Source of the DNA: Bryobacterales bacterium
GTDB lineage: Bacteria > Acidobacteriota > Terriglobia > Bryobacterales > Bryobacteraceae
Direction: 5' to 3'
Length of the DNA: 64,000 nucleotides
Assembly (NCBI GenBank): GCA_963747945.1
Contig: CAVVHB010000018.1
Coordinates: forward strand, 224,868-288,867
The position numbers and the translations under genes were made by a program. Position 1 is the stretch's first letter. Each line of letters opens with the position of its first letter. Below are positions 40,182-49,078 of this stretch, in pieces. The notes below the pieces were generated by a model that saw nothing but the letters and a program-made list of their open reading frames with translations, ran no database searches and was not told the DNA's origin.

Positions 40182-41006
40182 GTGGAGGATTTACGACCAC
40201 CCGAAACCGCGGCGGACCTCAATGGAAGCCGTATTGGCATCCTGGGTTTTCCGTCCGGGTTGGCCGACCAGCTTGGCGGCGTGCTGACAAGCGTGGGGTG
40301 CCTTTCGAGCAATCTCTCGCTCGCTTGCGACCATCCAGCCGATCCCTGGGAACTCTACGACATGCTGATTGTCTGGGCGGGAGAAGACGGCCCCGCGCCG
40401 CCGGTTGCGGAGCTGGTGGCGACTTCGCAGCGCTGGCTGCTCCTCGGACCGGAAGAGCGCATCCGCCAGAACTCTTCACTTTCCCTGCGAGCTGACGATG
40501 TAGTATTCAGCCCCTATTCCTCGAATGAGCTGCTTTTCCGCATTTATAGAACGATTCACCGCGCAAGTGCCGGAGCTCAACGATCCTCCAATGGGAGCAA
40601 ACCCGTGGTGTTGGTGGCGGATGACGATCCCGCCATGCTCATGCTGCTGGAAACCGTCTTGAAAAACAGCGATTGGGAGTGCCACTTCACCACCGATGGG
40701 CGCCGTGCCCTGGTGATGGCGCACAGATTGTTGCCCGATCTCATCGTGCTGGATATCGAGATGCCGTTCCTTACGGGATTGGAAGTGCTCAGGCGAATCC
40801 GTAACACCCAGGCCGATAACGTGAAGGTACTGCTGCTCACTGCGTCCAGCGAGCTAAAACATGTCGAAGAAGGCTTGTCTCTTGGCGCCGACGACTACCT
40901 TGCCAAGCCATTCAGCCATGTCGCTCTGGTACACCGCGTCAGGAAGCTCTTGTTTGCTCCCGGCAAGGTTGGCCCACCAGCCCACCGAGCGCACACGCCC
41001 GCCTAA
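40182..41006 (+). CDS. response regulator: N-terminal pseudo-receiver-like region plus canonical C-terminal REC, no output domain
   Basis: GTG start. The C-terminal REC has VVLVADDDPAML...DLIVLDIEMPFLTG...LLLTASS...GADDYLAKPF. The N-terminal 130 aa have a REC-like length but lack the acidic pocket. Confidence 0.8.
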   Translation: MEDLRPPETAADLNGSRIGILGFPSGLADQLGGVLTSVGCLSSNLSLACDHPADPWELYDMLIVWAGEDGPAPPVAELVATSQRWLLLGPEERIRQNSSLSLRADDVVFSPYSSNELLFRIYRTIHRASAGAQRSSNGSKPVVLVADDDPAMLMLLETVLKNSDWECHFTTDGRRALVMAHRLLPDLIVLDIEMPFLTGLEVLRRIRNTQADNVKVLLLTASSELKHVEEGLSLGADDYLAKPFSHVALVHRVRKLLFAPGKVGPPAHRAHTPA

Positions 41007-41038
41007 CCTTCGACCAGTCTTATTACCCACCAGCAGTT

Positions 41039-44000
41039 CTATTGGGCCACCTGTCGGGCTTTCCTCAAGTCCGCCGCCGCTCCAACCACATCACCGATGG
41101 ATTTTTTGGCGGCCGCCCGAACCCGGTAGGCGTTCGCATACTTCGGGTTGAGGCGGATGGCCCGGTCCAGATCCACAATCGCCGGCGCCCACTGGTGAAG
41201 AAGAACCAGGACAAAGCCGCGGGCATTCAGCGCCAGCGTAAAATCGGGTGCGATGCGAAGCGCTTCGGTCAGTTCCACTATCGCTTCCCGGTATCGGCCC
41301 GCTTTCGTGAGTTGGCGCCCGAGCATATCGTGCTGCTGTGCCGAGCCTGACACGGTACCAAGATCCTTTGCGGCGATCGGCTCCGGTTGCGCTGGTAGCG
41401 CCGTCGGCGCCGGTACAATGATCGCTTCAGGTTTCACCGCCGGCACAGGCAGGGGAAGCACCGCGGGCGCTGCCAGATCCGGCACGCCAGACCGGCTGAT
41501 CCGAAAATCCACGTTTGTCAAATCCACTGGCTGGCTGCCCAGCCGAACGGTGCGCGCAGGGGTTTGCGTTTCGTTCCGAACCGATAATGTATAGGATCCC
41601 GCCGCCAGGTCGCGGAACAGATATCGTCCCTGCGGATCGGCTTTGGCCGTTGGGCCTGGCTCGTTCAGCAGGACCTCGGCCCCAATCACGGGAACATACC
41701 GCAGCTGCCTGGTGTCGTAGATGAGCACCTGCCCCGAAATGCTTCGAAGCGCTCGTGCGGTAAAGGCGGCCCTGCCCGGTGCTGCCTTCTCAACCGTTAC
41801 TTTTTGCGAGTCGCCAAATCCGTCCGCCGAATAACCGGCTGGCAGCGAATCCGGGTCCGCCTGAACATCGTAATCGCCGGCCACCAGAGACGATACGAAG
41901 AAGCTGCCATCCGCCTCCGTCGTCGCGCTCCACTTCTTTCCCCTGCTTTCGATCGTCACCGTGATACCGGCCACGCCTTGCCCCGCGTCGTTCAGCACCT
42001 TGCCCGCCAAGCCGGACAACGAATAGCCGATGCCGAAATTTGTTGTGGCATCTTCGTCCACCTCCAGGCTGGATGGAGTGGTAAAGAAAAACGGATCCTT
42101 GGAGGTGAACAAGGCCTCAATCTTGTGTTTTCCCCGGTGCACATTCGGGAAGCGGTACGAACCATCGACGCCGGTCAGGGTACGCCTGAGATCGTCCAAC
42201 ACCACCTCCACTTCGGCCATCGGCGGCATGCCCGGTTCCCATTCTCCCTTGGACTGGTTGTCTTGAAAGACCTTTCCCGTCATGGTCCCACGCCGTTCGG
42301 GAATGATGAAATAAGGCACGTGTTCGAACTGGTGACGAAAAGCAACGAAGCAAACGGGCGCGTATTGCTGGGGGCTTCCGGGCGTCTTCAATCCCAGGAC
42401 CGAACAAGACAGCGAGACATTGTTCGAAGGAGTAAGGCGCTGGATCAACGCCAGGGTGTGGACGATGTCTTCGGTACTTCCCTGCAGGGCCTGATTGTCG
42501 TTGTACTGAAAACTGTATGTCAGATCTCTCTTATGCGGGCCCTTGGTGGACCAGTCCGCGCTCCCGCCCAGCAGGCTACGCACGGGCACCACGTTAATGC
42601 TGGCCCCTTTTATAAATCCGGCCGCCATCAGGTAGGCGTCGCTCGACAAAAGCTCGTCCACCTGCTGAATGCTGGTCGCCTGGATGCCCTGTTGCTCGAG
42701 AATCTGCTGCAATCCCGAGACCTGGCCGAAGATGAAACTCAGCGTGGGGGCGTTCGTATCGCGTTCCGCATAGGCGTTGAAATTGAAACCGCCCCAACCC
42801 GTGTGTAGGTTTGCGCGAAACTGCCTGGCTCCGGTGTCATCGCCGGGCATCACCGAAAACTGGTATTGGCCATTGAGGCCAAAATGGCTGGATTGAAAGG
42901 CCAGGCCGGCGGGCAGGGTGAAGTTTCGAATGGTGGGGCCTGGCGGCGATTCGTTCCCGAACTTCGAGCCCTGCGCCCCGCCGGTAAGGGCCCAGTGCCT
43001 GGTGAGCTGATAGCGGAGATTGGCGGAGCCCGAAATGGTCGCTTCCTTTACGCCCGGCAGGATCAGGTTGCTTTTATAGAAGGACAGGTCCGTCTCGAAC
43101 TTCTTTGTGACGTGGCGCACCCAAGAGAGGTCTGTAAACAGCCCCCGTAAATTGTTGGCGCCCAGTGACGCAAATTCCACCGGCATGTAGCGCGCCAAGC
43201 CAAGGATCGTATCGTGGTCGCTGATGTAGTGCAGCCGTCCAGAGCCTGCCACGCCATCGCTGAACCCGAGGTCCGCGTTGAACCAGAAGTTTTCCCGAGG
43301 TTTGTACTGGTATCGCAGGTCGCCAATACTTCCGGAACGGCCCAGCCGGTCCGAAGAATGAACCCGTACCTCATAAAAAGATCCGGTTAGCGAAGAATTC
43401 TCGGTAAGCGGATAGCGGTATCCGCCGCCCGCCACTAATTCCGGCTGGACGGGCAGGAACAGGCCCTCGAACGTCTCCACGCTGGTGTAGCCGACATGTC
43501 CAAACCAGTTGCCGTCACTGAAATGGAGTCCCCGGATAATCGATCCATTGATGGTGAGCTGGGATTGGTCCACGTACTTGTCGAGCAGCGTGATGTCGCG
43601 GGATGGCGTGGCGATTTCATAACTGGCGGAGGACAACGCAACTTTGGGCAGGCCCTGCTGGGCAGCGCCTAGCAGGTTGGTTTCCACCACGTGCATATGG
43701 GTCCAGTTGTCGCCGTTCACTTTCATGAAGTCGATCTGGTTCTGGATCTCGGCGGGATTGGAATAATACCGTCCTTCGTAAAACCCGCTCTGGGCCGCCT
43801 CCGCTCCGGTGGTCGGCGCAACATAACCGGGGGGATAAACCGGAGGCATCAAGTTCACCAGGATTTCGAAGGTCTGCGCGCCAGCGGGCGTGACCACCAC
43901 TACATGGGTATCGCCGGCTACTTTGCCTTCTACCGTGACCACTCCATTTTCAGCCGTGGCCTCCGCGAAGAATTCGTCCAGCGTATAGGCCGCGGTGGCT

Positions 44001-44161
44001 CCGTCCACTTGAAAAGTGATGGTTTTGTTCGGATCGACCTTGTAAACCTGCCCCTGCAGCAGGAGACAACACAAAAGCAGCGCCGGGGGAGCCCGCCACA
44101 GCGCGGCACGCCTGTGACTCCTTAAGGCGCGCACAACGGAACGCGGCGGCAGTTGTTCCAC
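41039..44161 (-). CDS. giant envelope protein: signal peptide, secretin-N/pilus-formation-N-like domain, putative ~500-aa beta-barrel, 3 CarboxypepD_reg-like domains, Pro-rich linker and TPR repeats
   Basis: The track ORF (41039..44380) overlaps the upstream gene. I trimmed the start to GTG 44161 (alternative GTG 44134), giving RRAALWRAPPALLLCCLLLQG as the signal sequence.

Domains seen:
- N-domain: VYKVDPNKTITFQVDG...VVTVEGKVAGDTHVVVVTPAGAQTFEILV
- many amphipathic strands (LRYQYKPRENFWFNADLGF, ANLRYQLTRHWALTGGAQG)
- GxxxDxxGxY-type CarboxypepD_reg motifs (TGVDGSYRFPNV, TEADGSFFVSSL, ADPQGRYLFRDL)
- C-terminal TPRs. Confidence 0.75.
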   Translation of the reverse strand: MEQLPPRSVVRALRSHRRAALWRAPPALLLCCLLLQGQVYKVDPNKTITFQVDGATAAYTLDEFFAEATAENGVVTVEGKVAGDTHVVVVTPAGAQTFEILVNLMPPVYPPGYVAPTTGAEAAQSGFYEGRYYSNPAEIQNQIDFMKVNGDNWTHMHVVETNLLGAAQQGLPKVALSSASYEIATPSRDITLLDKYVDQSQLTINGSIIRGLHFSDGNWFGHVGYTSVETFEGLFLPVQPELVAGGGYRYPLTENSSLTGSFYEVRVHSSDRLGRSGSIGDLRYQYKPRENFWFNADLGFSDGVAGSGRLHYISDHDTILGLARYMPVEFASLGANNLRGLFTDLSWVRHVTKKFETDLSFYKSNLILPGVKEATISGSANLRYQLTRHWALTGGAQGSKFGNESPPGPTIRNFTLPAGLAFQSSHFGLNGQYQFSVMPGDDTGARQFRANLHTGWGGFNFNAYAERDTNAPTLSFIFGQVSGLQQILEQQGIQATSIQQVDELLSSDAYLMAAGFIKGASINVVPVRSLLGGSADWSTKGPHKRDLTYSFQYNDNQALQGSTEDIVHTLALIQRLTPSNNVSLSCSVLGLKTPGSPQQYAPVCFVAFRHQFEHVPYFIIPERRGTMTGKVFQDNQSKGEWEPGMPPMAEVEVVLDDLRRTLTGVDGSYRFPNVHRGKHKIEALFTSKDPFFFTTPSSLEVDEDATTNFGIGYSLSGLAGKVLNDAGQGVAGITVTIESRGKKWSATTEADGSFFVSSLVAGDYDVQADPDSLPAGYSADGFGDSQKVTVEKAAPGRAAFTARALRSISGQVLIYDTRQLRYVPVIGAEVLLNEPGPTAKADPQGRYLFRDLAAGSYTLSVRNETQTPARTVRLGSQPVDLTNVDFRISRSGVPDLAAPAVLPLPVPAVKPEAIIVPAPTALPAQPEPIAAKDLGTVSGSAQQHDMLGRQLTKAGRYREAIVELTEALRIAPDFTLALNARGFVLVLLHQWAPAIVDLDRAIRLNPKYANAYRVRAAAKKSIGDVVGAAADLRKARQVAQ

Positions 44162-44195
44162 GACCCGGACGGCGGACGCCGCCGCGTCCTGTGCG

Positions 44196-45020
44196 CTATT
44201 GCGGAACGGTGAATTCTCCGGCACTAGTGAAGACCCTGCGCTCGAACTCAAAGGATGAGAGCGTGCGATACTGGCCCGGAGCGAGTTGCGCCGGGTTGGT
44301 GGCAATAAAAACCACCCGCTCGCCAGGCAACAGGCGCTGCGTTTTAAACGGCGCTTTGGCCACCCGCTTCCCGGACGCATTCAGAATAACGATGACGCCC
44401 TTGGGCACTACTGGCTCAGTGCCGATATTGTGCAGCTCTTCGGAAAGGATCGAGTTCGCCTCCGTGGTCTGAGGTGAGGCTTCCACGGGTCCGGACTCCA
44501 GCTTGTACTCGCTCGACAGGTTAAAGGTGATCAGGGTGCCCAAGGAAGCGCCCAGGCCAACCACTCCGTTGCCGGGGGCGGTCAAGACGCCCCGGAAGAA
44601 AGTGACTACGGCGCGCAGCGCGGTCACCGGCGGAAGGGTGAACGTAACCTGGACGGACGCTGCTTCGCCGGGCTTCACCACCACGGATGCGGGCGTCTCC
44701 ACGGTGGTGGCGGCAATGCTGTTAGCAACCAGCCCTGCTCGCGAAAACGATCGCTTCCCATCGCTGACCACCACATCCTCGGTCTCCAGATTGAAACGCA
44801 CTTCGCGATCCGTGTTGTTCGAAATGGTCAAGGTTTGGGTGGTGCCCTGGCCCGGTTTACAGCGCACCTCGATGATGGCGGGAGAAAGGGAGATGGAAGC
44901 GCGCGGGATGTCGGTGGGGCTTGCGGTGGGGCTGGGGGCGGGCGTGTCCGGTGTCTGAGCACGGGCACTGGCCATCCACCCAAGCGCGACACAAACCACC
45001 AGTCTGGATTCGAATCTCAT
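44196..45020 (-). CDS. periplasmic two-Ig-domain protein, PapD-like chaperone candidate
   Basis: The start was moved to the ATG at 45020 (MRFESRLVVCVALGWMASARAQ signal peptide), 4 nt after the upstream stop. Beta-sandwich style segments are present (ISLSPAIIEVRCKPGQGTTQTLTISNNTDREVRFNLE; VVVKPGEAASVQVTFTLP; VIVILNASGKRVAKAPFKTQRLLPGERVVF). Confidence 0.55.
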   Translation of the reverse strand: MRFESRLVVCVALGWMASARAQTPDTPAPSPTASPTDIPRASISLSPAIIEVRCKPGQGTTQTLTISNNTDREVRFNLETEDVVVSDGKRSFSRAGLVANSIAATTVETPASVVVKPGEAASVQVTFTLPPVTALRAVVTFFRGVLTAPGNGVVGLGASLGTLITFNLSSEYKLESGPVEASPQTTEANSILSEELHNIGTEPVVPKGVIVILNASGKRVAKAPFKTQRLLPGERVVFIATNPAQLAPGQYRTLSSFEFERRVFTSAGEFTVPQ

Positions 45021-45024
45021 CGGG

Positions 45025-45564
45025 TTATCTGCGGAGCGTCGCCTCGAACGCGACGTTGCTTTCAATGGGTCCGGCTGGTGTGGAGACCGGAACCTCCATA
45101 TCCAGCCGGTGCTCACCGAGCGACCCGCAGGGCATGGACTCCACCAAAGGCCGCGGCTCGGTCCCCAGCTTGATTCCGTCAATCGTCAGGGCGTGCGTCG
45201 CGGCCCCGTCCGTCCGTGACATGGTCACGCTCACCTGGGAAGATGACGAACCTCCCGGACAGTCGACTTTTAGGATGAACCGCGTCGAGATTACCAACGA
45301 TCCGTGGGTTTTCTTGCTGCTCTCGCCCGGAGCCGAAGCTCCCCTGAAATACGAAACCCGGCCCAGATCCAGGGCGGAGTTGCCTGGCCCCTCGCTGCGC
45401 ACCAACCCACCGGTTGGCGCCGAGAGGATCGTGACGATCGGCGCCGCGGTGACAGACATCGGTGACAGCGTTCGCCGCTCGCCAGACGCCTGCCCGAATG
45501 CCGGCCCATTCACAAGCGGCGCCAGCATCCACAACGAGAATAAAGTCATCTGTTGAGCGTTCAT
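45025..45564 (-). CDS. secreted beta-rich minor fibre-subunit candidate
   Basis: 179 aa. The signal peptide is MTLFSLWMLAPLVNGPAFGQ. The protein is Ser/Thr/Gly-rich with two Cys. It sits between the major-subunit-like and chaperone-like genes. Confidence 0.55.
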   Translation of the reverse strand: MNAQQMTLFSLWMLAPLVNGPAFGQASGERRTLSPMSVTAAPIVTILSAPTGGLVRSEGPGNSALDLGRVSYFRGASAPGESSKKTHGSLVISTRFILKVDCPGGSSSSQVSVTMSRTDGAATHALTIDGIKLGTEPRPLVESMPCGSLGEHRLDMEVPVSTPAGPIESNVAFEATLRR

Positions 45565-45634
45565 AGGAAGTCCAGACTGACTGGGAGTCGCTTCGGCCCA
45601 GCCAGTATTCGCGCGTTGCTCTGTGCGGCCGGTA

Positions 45635-46168
45635 TTAGTTAGCGGTCGCGGTGAAGTTGAGAGAGTTGGTCAGCGAACCGCTGGTATTGGAGGCCGGTAT
45701 TGTGACGGCGAAATTGTAAGGCGTCGCGGTCCCATAAGAGGCGAGAGTTACTTGAGGTGTAACGCCGGCGGCCGTAACAGCGATAGCATTGAACGACCAT
45801 GAGTTGACGATGTCGGCCGTGCCGAGGTTCGCAAGCAGGCCAAAAGTGGTACTGGTGCTATTCGCCACATCCACTTCAACGTTCACTGGCGTGGTGAGAG
45901 TAAACGATGTTGTCCCGGTGAGCGTCCGGGTTACGTTGGTCGGCACCGTGCCGCCGTACATCTGCACGTTTCCAAACGGCAGGGATGCCGTCCCCGTGCC
46001 GGTGCCAGTTACCGCGAAACCGCCGGTGGCGGTGGAAAAGAGGAGGTTGATGGAACCCTCGATGTCGGCGGTGACGCCCAAGGTTCCCCCGCTAGTCACC
46101 TGGGCGTTCGCGACTCCGGCGAGTCCCAAAGCGGATATTACTGTCATAAGAACAAGTTTGTTTTTCAT
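45635..46168 (-). CDS. secreted Thr/Gly/Asn-rich beta-strand protein, major fibre-subunit candidate (spore-coat-U/Csu-like in style)
   Basis: The start was moved to the ATG at 46168 (MKNKLVLMTVISALGLAGVANAQ). The mature ~155 aa are Cys-free with alternating-pattern strands, ending ...SLTNSLNFTATAN. It is the first gene of the operon. Confidence 0.6.
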   Translation of the reverse strand: MKNKLVLMTVISALGLAGVANAQVTSGGTLGVTADIEGSINLLFSTATGGFAVTGTGTGTASLPFGNVQMYGGTVPTNVTRTLTGTTSFTLTTPVNVEVDVANSTSTTFGLLANLGTADIVNSWSFNAIAVTAAGVTPQVTLASYGTATPYNFAVTIPASNTSGSLTNSLNFTATAN

Positions 46169-46890
46169 GTGTTGGTTGTTGCCTTCTGAATCCCTTATCG
46201 GCGCGTCTTGTAAAATATGAGGATTATTTTGAGCCGGCCAATTGGACCGAATTGCAGGTGCAGACACCCGGGAGGAAACAGCGCAGCATCTCGCTTAAAC
46301 GGATCGTCCCGACAAGCCAAAAATAAGCGGTAGCGGCGAGCATGTGGCGGTCATTGTTCCACACCTCGCGCTCACCGGTAACTGTGCCATTCAGCAGCAC
46401 CGTTGTACTTTGCCCGCCATCGCCCGCGGACTCGGCGAGAGCGGAGCGCGACGCCAGTGGACAAGGGCGCGAATGATCTCCCGTTTGGTTGTCCAGCATG
46501 CGTCGCTGACTTCGTTTTGCAACCGGCTCGAAATTCGGTAAGGAGGTTCCTAACCAATCGTAAGCACGCTTGCCTCATCTTATGGGTAAACGTGGACGCA
46601 TTCGCACAATTCTGATGCCGAATTGGAAGCAGGTCGCGATCGACGCGTGAACTGGACCGACCGGCGTCGCTGATCGTCACATATTTCGCCCGGTCCTACG
46701 CTGCGGCTGTGTCTCGGGCGTGCGCCTTGGCGAAAAGGGCGTTTAGCATATGTTCCGGCGATAGGCATTCCCGATCCTGCGGCACATGACCTGCGCCAAA
46801 CTGTGTCGGGCGGCGGGTGAAATAGGTCGGAGGATATCATCCAGGCACTTCCAAGGGATTCAGCTTATGGGGACCGTTGACTGCGGTTTC

Positions 46891-47580
46891 TCAAAGATAC
46901 AGGTTTAACTTGAATCCGAACGCATTGATGTGAGCGGGGGTCGTGTGGCTGGCGTTTTGTCGTAGGTAGTAAGGCTCCAATATCACGTGCGGACCGATCG
47001 GAAATTCCGCGCCTATGGCATATCGGTTGGTAGTCCATCGATCGTACCGGGTATCGTAAAAAATCTCGTCGTACACGTATGGCGTGCAATTGAGCCAGCC
47101 GTATTGGACATCGCGTTCCAGCCGCAATCTGTTGCGGTAGCGCGTCGAAAACGGCTGACCCTGGATGAAGCGGAATTCTCCGCGGTTGCGGTCGGAAATC
47201 ACCAGTTGCCAGGGAAGCATGTAGCGCGAGGTAAGCTCTAGAATGCCGCGGTTTTCGGACGGGGAATTAGTGTTCGTGAGGCTGGTCTGGTAGCGATAAC
47301 CGGCGCGCAAGGCAAGATACTTATCCCGATACACATCAGGCCGCTCGCGGAGTTCTTGTCGAAAGACGGGCTTAAGAGCGGTCTCGATATAAAGCGCAAA
47401 ATCTCCCTGCCAGTCATGGGTGCTCTGAGTTCCGCTAAAGGAATCCACGAGATCGAAGCGAATCAGCGGTCCCTGCTGGATGTACAGGCCAAGCTCTGGG
47501 CGAAACTCGCCACTGCTCTGGGCAGCCGCGGGGATTATCCATTGCCCAGCAGCAAGTAGGCAGAGGGCCAAATTGTTCAT
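46891..47580 (-). CDS. DUF2490-like outer-membrane protein
   Basis: The start was moved to the ATG at 47580 (MNNLALCLLAAGQWIIPAAAQ). It is Tyr/Arg-rich with amphipathic strands, ending in ...FGFKLNLYL. The DUF2490 assignment is from memory. Confidence 0.6.
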   Translation of the reverse strand: MNNLALCLLAAGQWIIPAAAQSSGEFRPELGLYIQQGPLIRFDLVDSFSGTQSTHDWQGDFALYIETALKPVFRQELRERPDVYRDKYLALRAGYRYQTSLTNTNSPSENRGILELTSRYMLPWQLVISDRNRGEFRFIQGQPFSTRYRNRLRLERDVQYGWLNCTPYVYDEIFYDTRYDRWTTNRYAIGAEFPIGPHVILEPYYLRQNASHTTPAHINAFGFKLNLYL

Positions 47581-47942
47581 GGCTGGGCAATCCAATCGCG
47601 TCACCTGACATCTTGGTCTGCGCCTCAATTTCGTGTCGTATCTATACCGAGGTCGGAGCTGTTGCTATTGCCCGGAGCCCGTGCTCAACGGTTCCGGGCT
47701 TCTGGCGAGCGAAAATTGGATGAAGCTCGGACGGTAGTCCCCAACAATCTTCTGCGTAAGCACTACGTAGAAAGCGTCGATTAAGGGTCCTTTTTTATGT
47801 ACCCGGCAAAATGCGAGAGGGACTGATTCAATCTTTAGCTCCATTGAAGGCCTTAACGCGGAGTCGCGGGCAGGCCTTGCTCAACGGTGAAGTCAACGGT
47901 CCTCGAACCAACGCGACCAAAAGGTGGCGTCTAGCAAACCAC

Positions 47943-48599
47943 TCATTGGAACTCAAAGCCAAAGATAACTGGCGTCACTTGGGTCGCGATATATCGGCTC
48001 GCCGCGTAGACGTAGCGTGACTCCATAAAGAACTTCCATTCTTTCGAGATTTTGAATTCCACACCGATTCCTCCGTTGGCGCCGAACGAACTCGTTCCAG
48101 CGCTCACGCCGACAGTGTTGACGTATCCATCACTGCAGGTGTATCCATAATAGCCGTAGACCGGTTGGCACACGGTAGGCGTATCTACGAATACACTCCT
48201 AGAGATGTTCGCGTTCCGGTAATACCACCCGCCGCCCACGATCACGTAGGCTCCGAACGTTTTGCCAAACCCGGTCCTGTATTTGTAGTCCGCAGTCAGG
48301 CTGTCGAGATTCACGCTTTTTGAGATGCCATTCAATTGCGCAATGGCTCCGACCGTGGGAGGAAGCCCGTTCCACATGAATTGGCCCAAGATGGAGTTGT
48401 GCTTGTTGAGATTAAGTCCGCCGCTAGCCAGAAAGCTGCCACCGACGCCAGCGAACCTGGCGATGGGGTTCATTGGTATTGTGAAGCCTCCGCCCATACT
48501 GAAGTTGAACTTGCCCTCTTCGTTCTGGCTTTGCGCTAAAGCTGGAACAGCACACGATAGTCCTATTAACGCGGTCGTGATGGTAATCGTTTTTAGCAT
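47943..48599 (-). CDS. small outer-membrane beta-barrel protein (OmpA-barrel/OmpW-like family)
   Basis: The start was moved to the ATG at 48599 (MLKTITITTALIGLSCAVPALAQ). It has 8-strand style alternating hydrophobic segments and a C-terminal ...PVIFGFEFQ with terminal aromatic residues. Confidence 0.75.
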   Translation of the reverse strand: MLKTITITTALIGLSCAVPALAQSQNEEGKFNFSMGGGFTIPMNPIARFAGVGGSFLASGGLNLNKHNSILGQFMWNGLPPTVGAIAQLNGISKSVNLDSLTADYKYRTGFGKTFGAYVIVGGGWYYRNANISRSVFVDTPTVCQPVYGYYGYTCSDGYVNTVGVSAGTSSFGANGGIGVEFKISKEWKFFMESRYVYAASRYIATQVTPVIFGFEFQ

Positions 48600-49078
48600 G
48601 TCCGTCCATCTCTTTCGAAGCCGGGAATAATTCAGAAGATCCGTATTTTTGTTCGGCACGATTCACAGATGCACTTGCAAACCGAACGCTTTATTTTTAT
48701 AGGTGATTGATTGACTAGGCAGCATCTCGACAGTGTCTCGGGACAAGGCGAGCGCATACCAGATGGACCATCTGGAAGGTTCAATTTATTTTGAGACTCA
48801 GGCCTAACGGAAGGGTGTCGCCCTCACAGGTTCGTCACTTCTAATTTGTTGATCCAGCGGAGCCGGCCAGTTGGCGACTCCCATAAACGACGACGATAGC
48901 ATCACCACTCTGAACCCCTTTTGTGGCAGATTTCGGACATTCCTGTCCAACAATTCCCACGACAAAGCGTAGAGTAATTTTTTGCGGCCGTCATGGTGAA
49001 GAAGCCTGATCGGAAATAGCCCCCAAAATAGTCGCGAGCCCGTCCGGCTGCATCAGTCAGACACAGGGAAGGAACTCT

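Noticed and set aside
46224-46890. ORFs in the 0.6-kb region upstream of the fibre operon (e.g. 46224..46499, 46372..46680, 46580..46840)
   Set aside because: They are overlapping, motif-free and Arg-rich. The region is more likely the promoter or leader of the fibre operon. A strong AAGGAGG at ~46540 has no start codon at a suitable distance.
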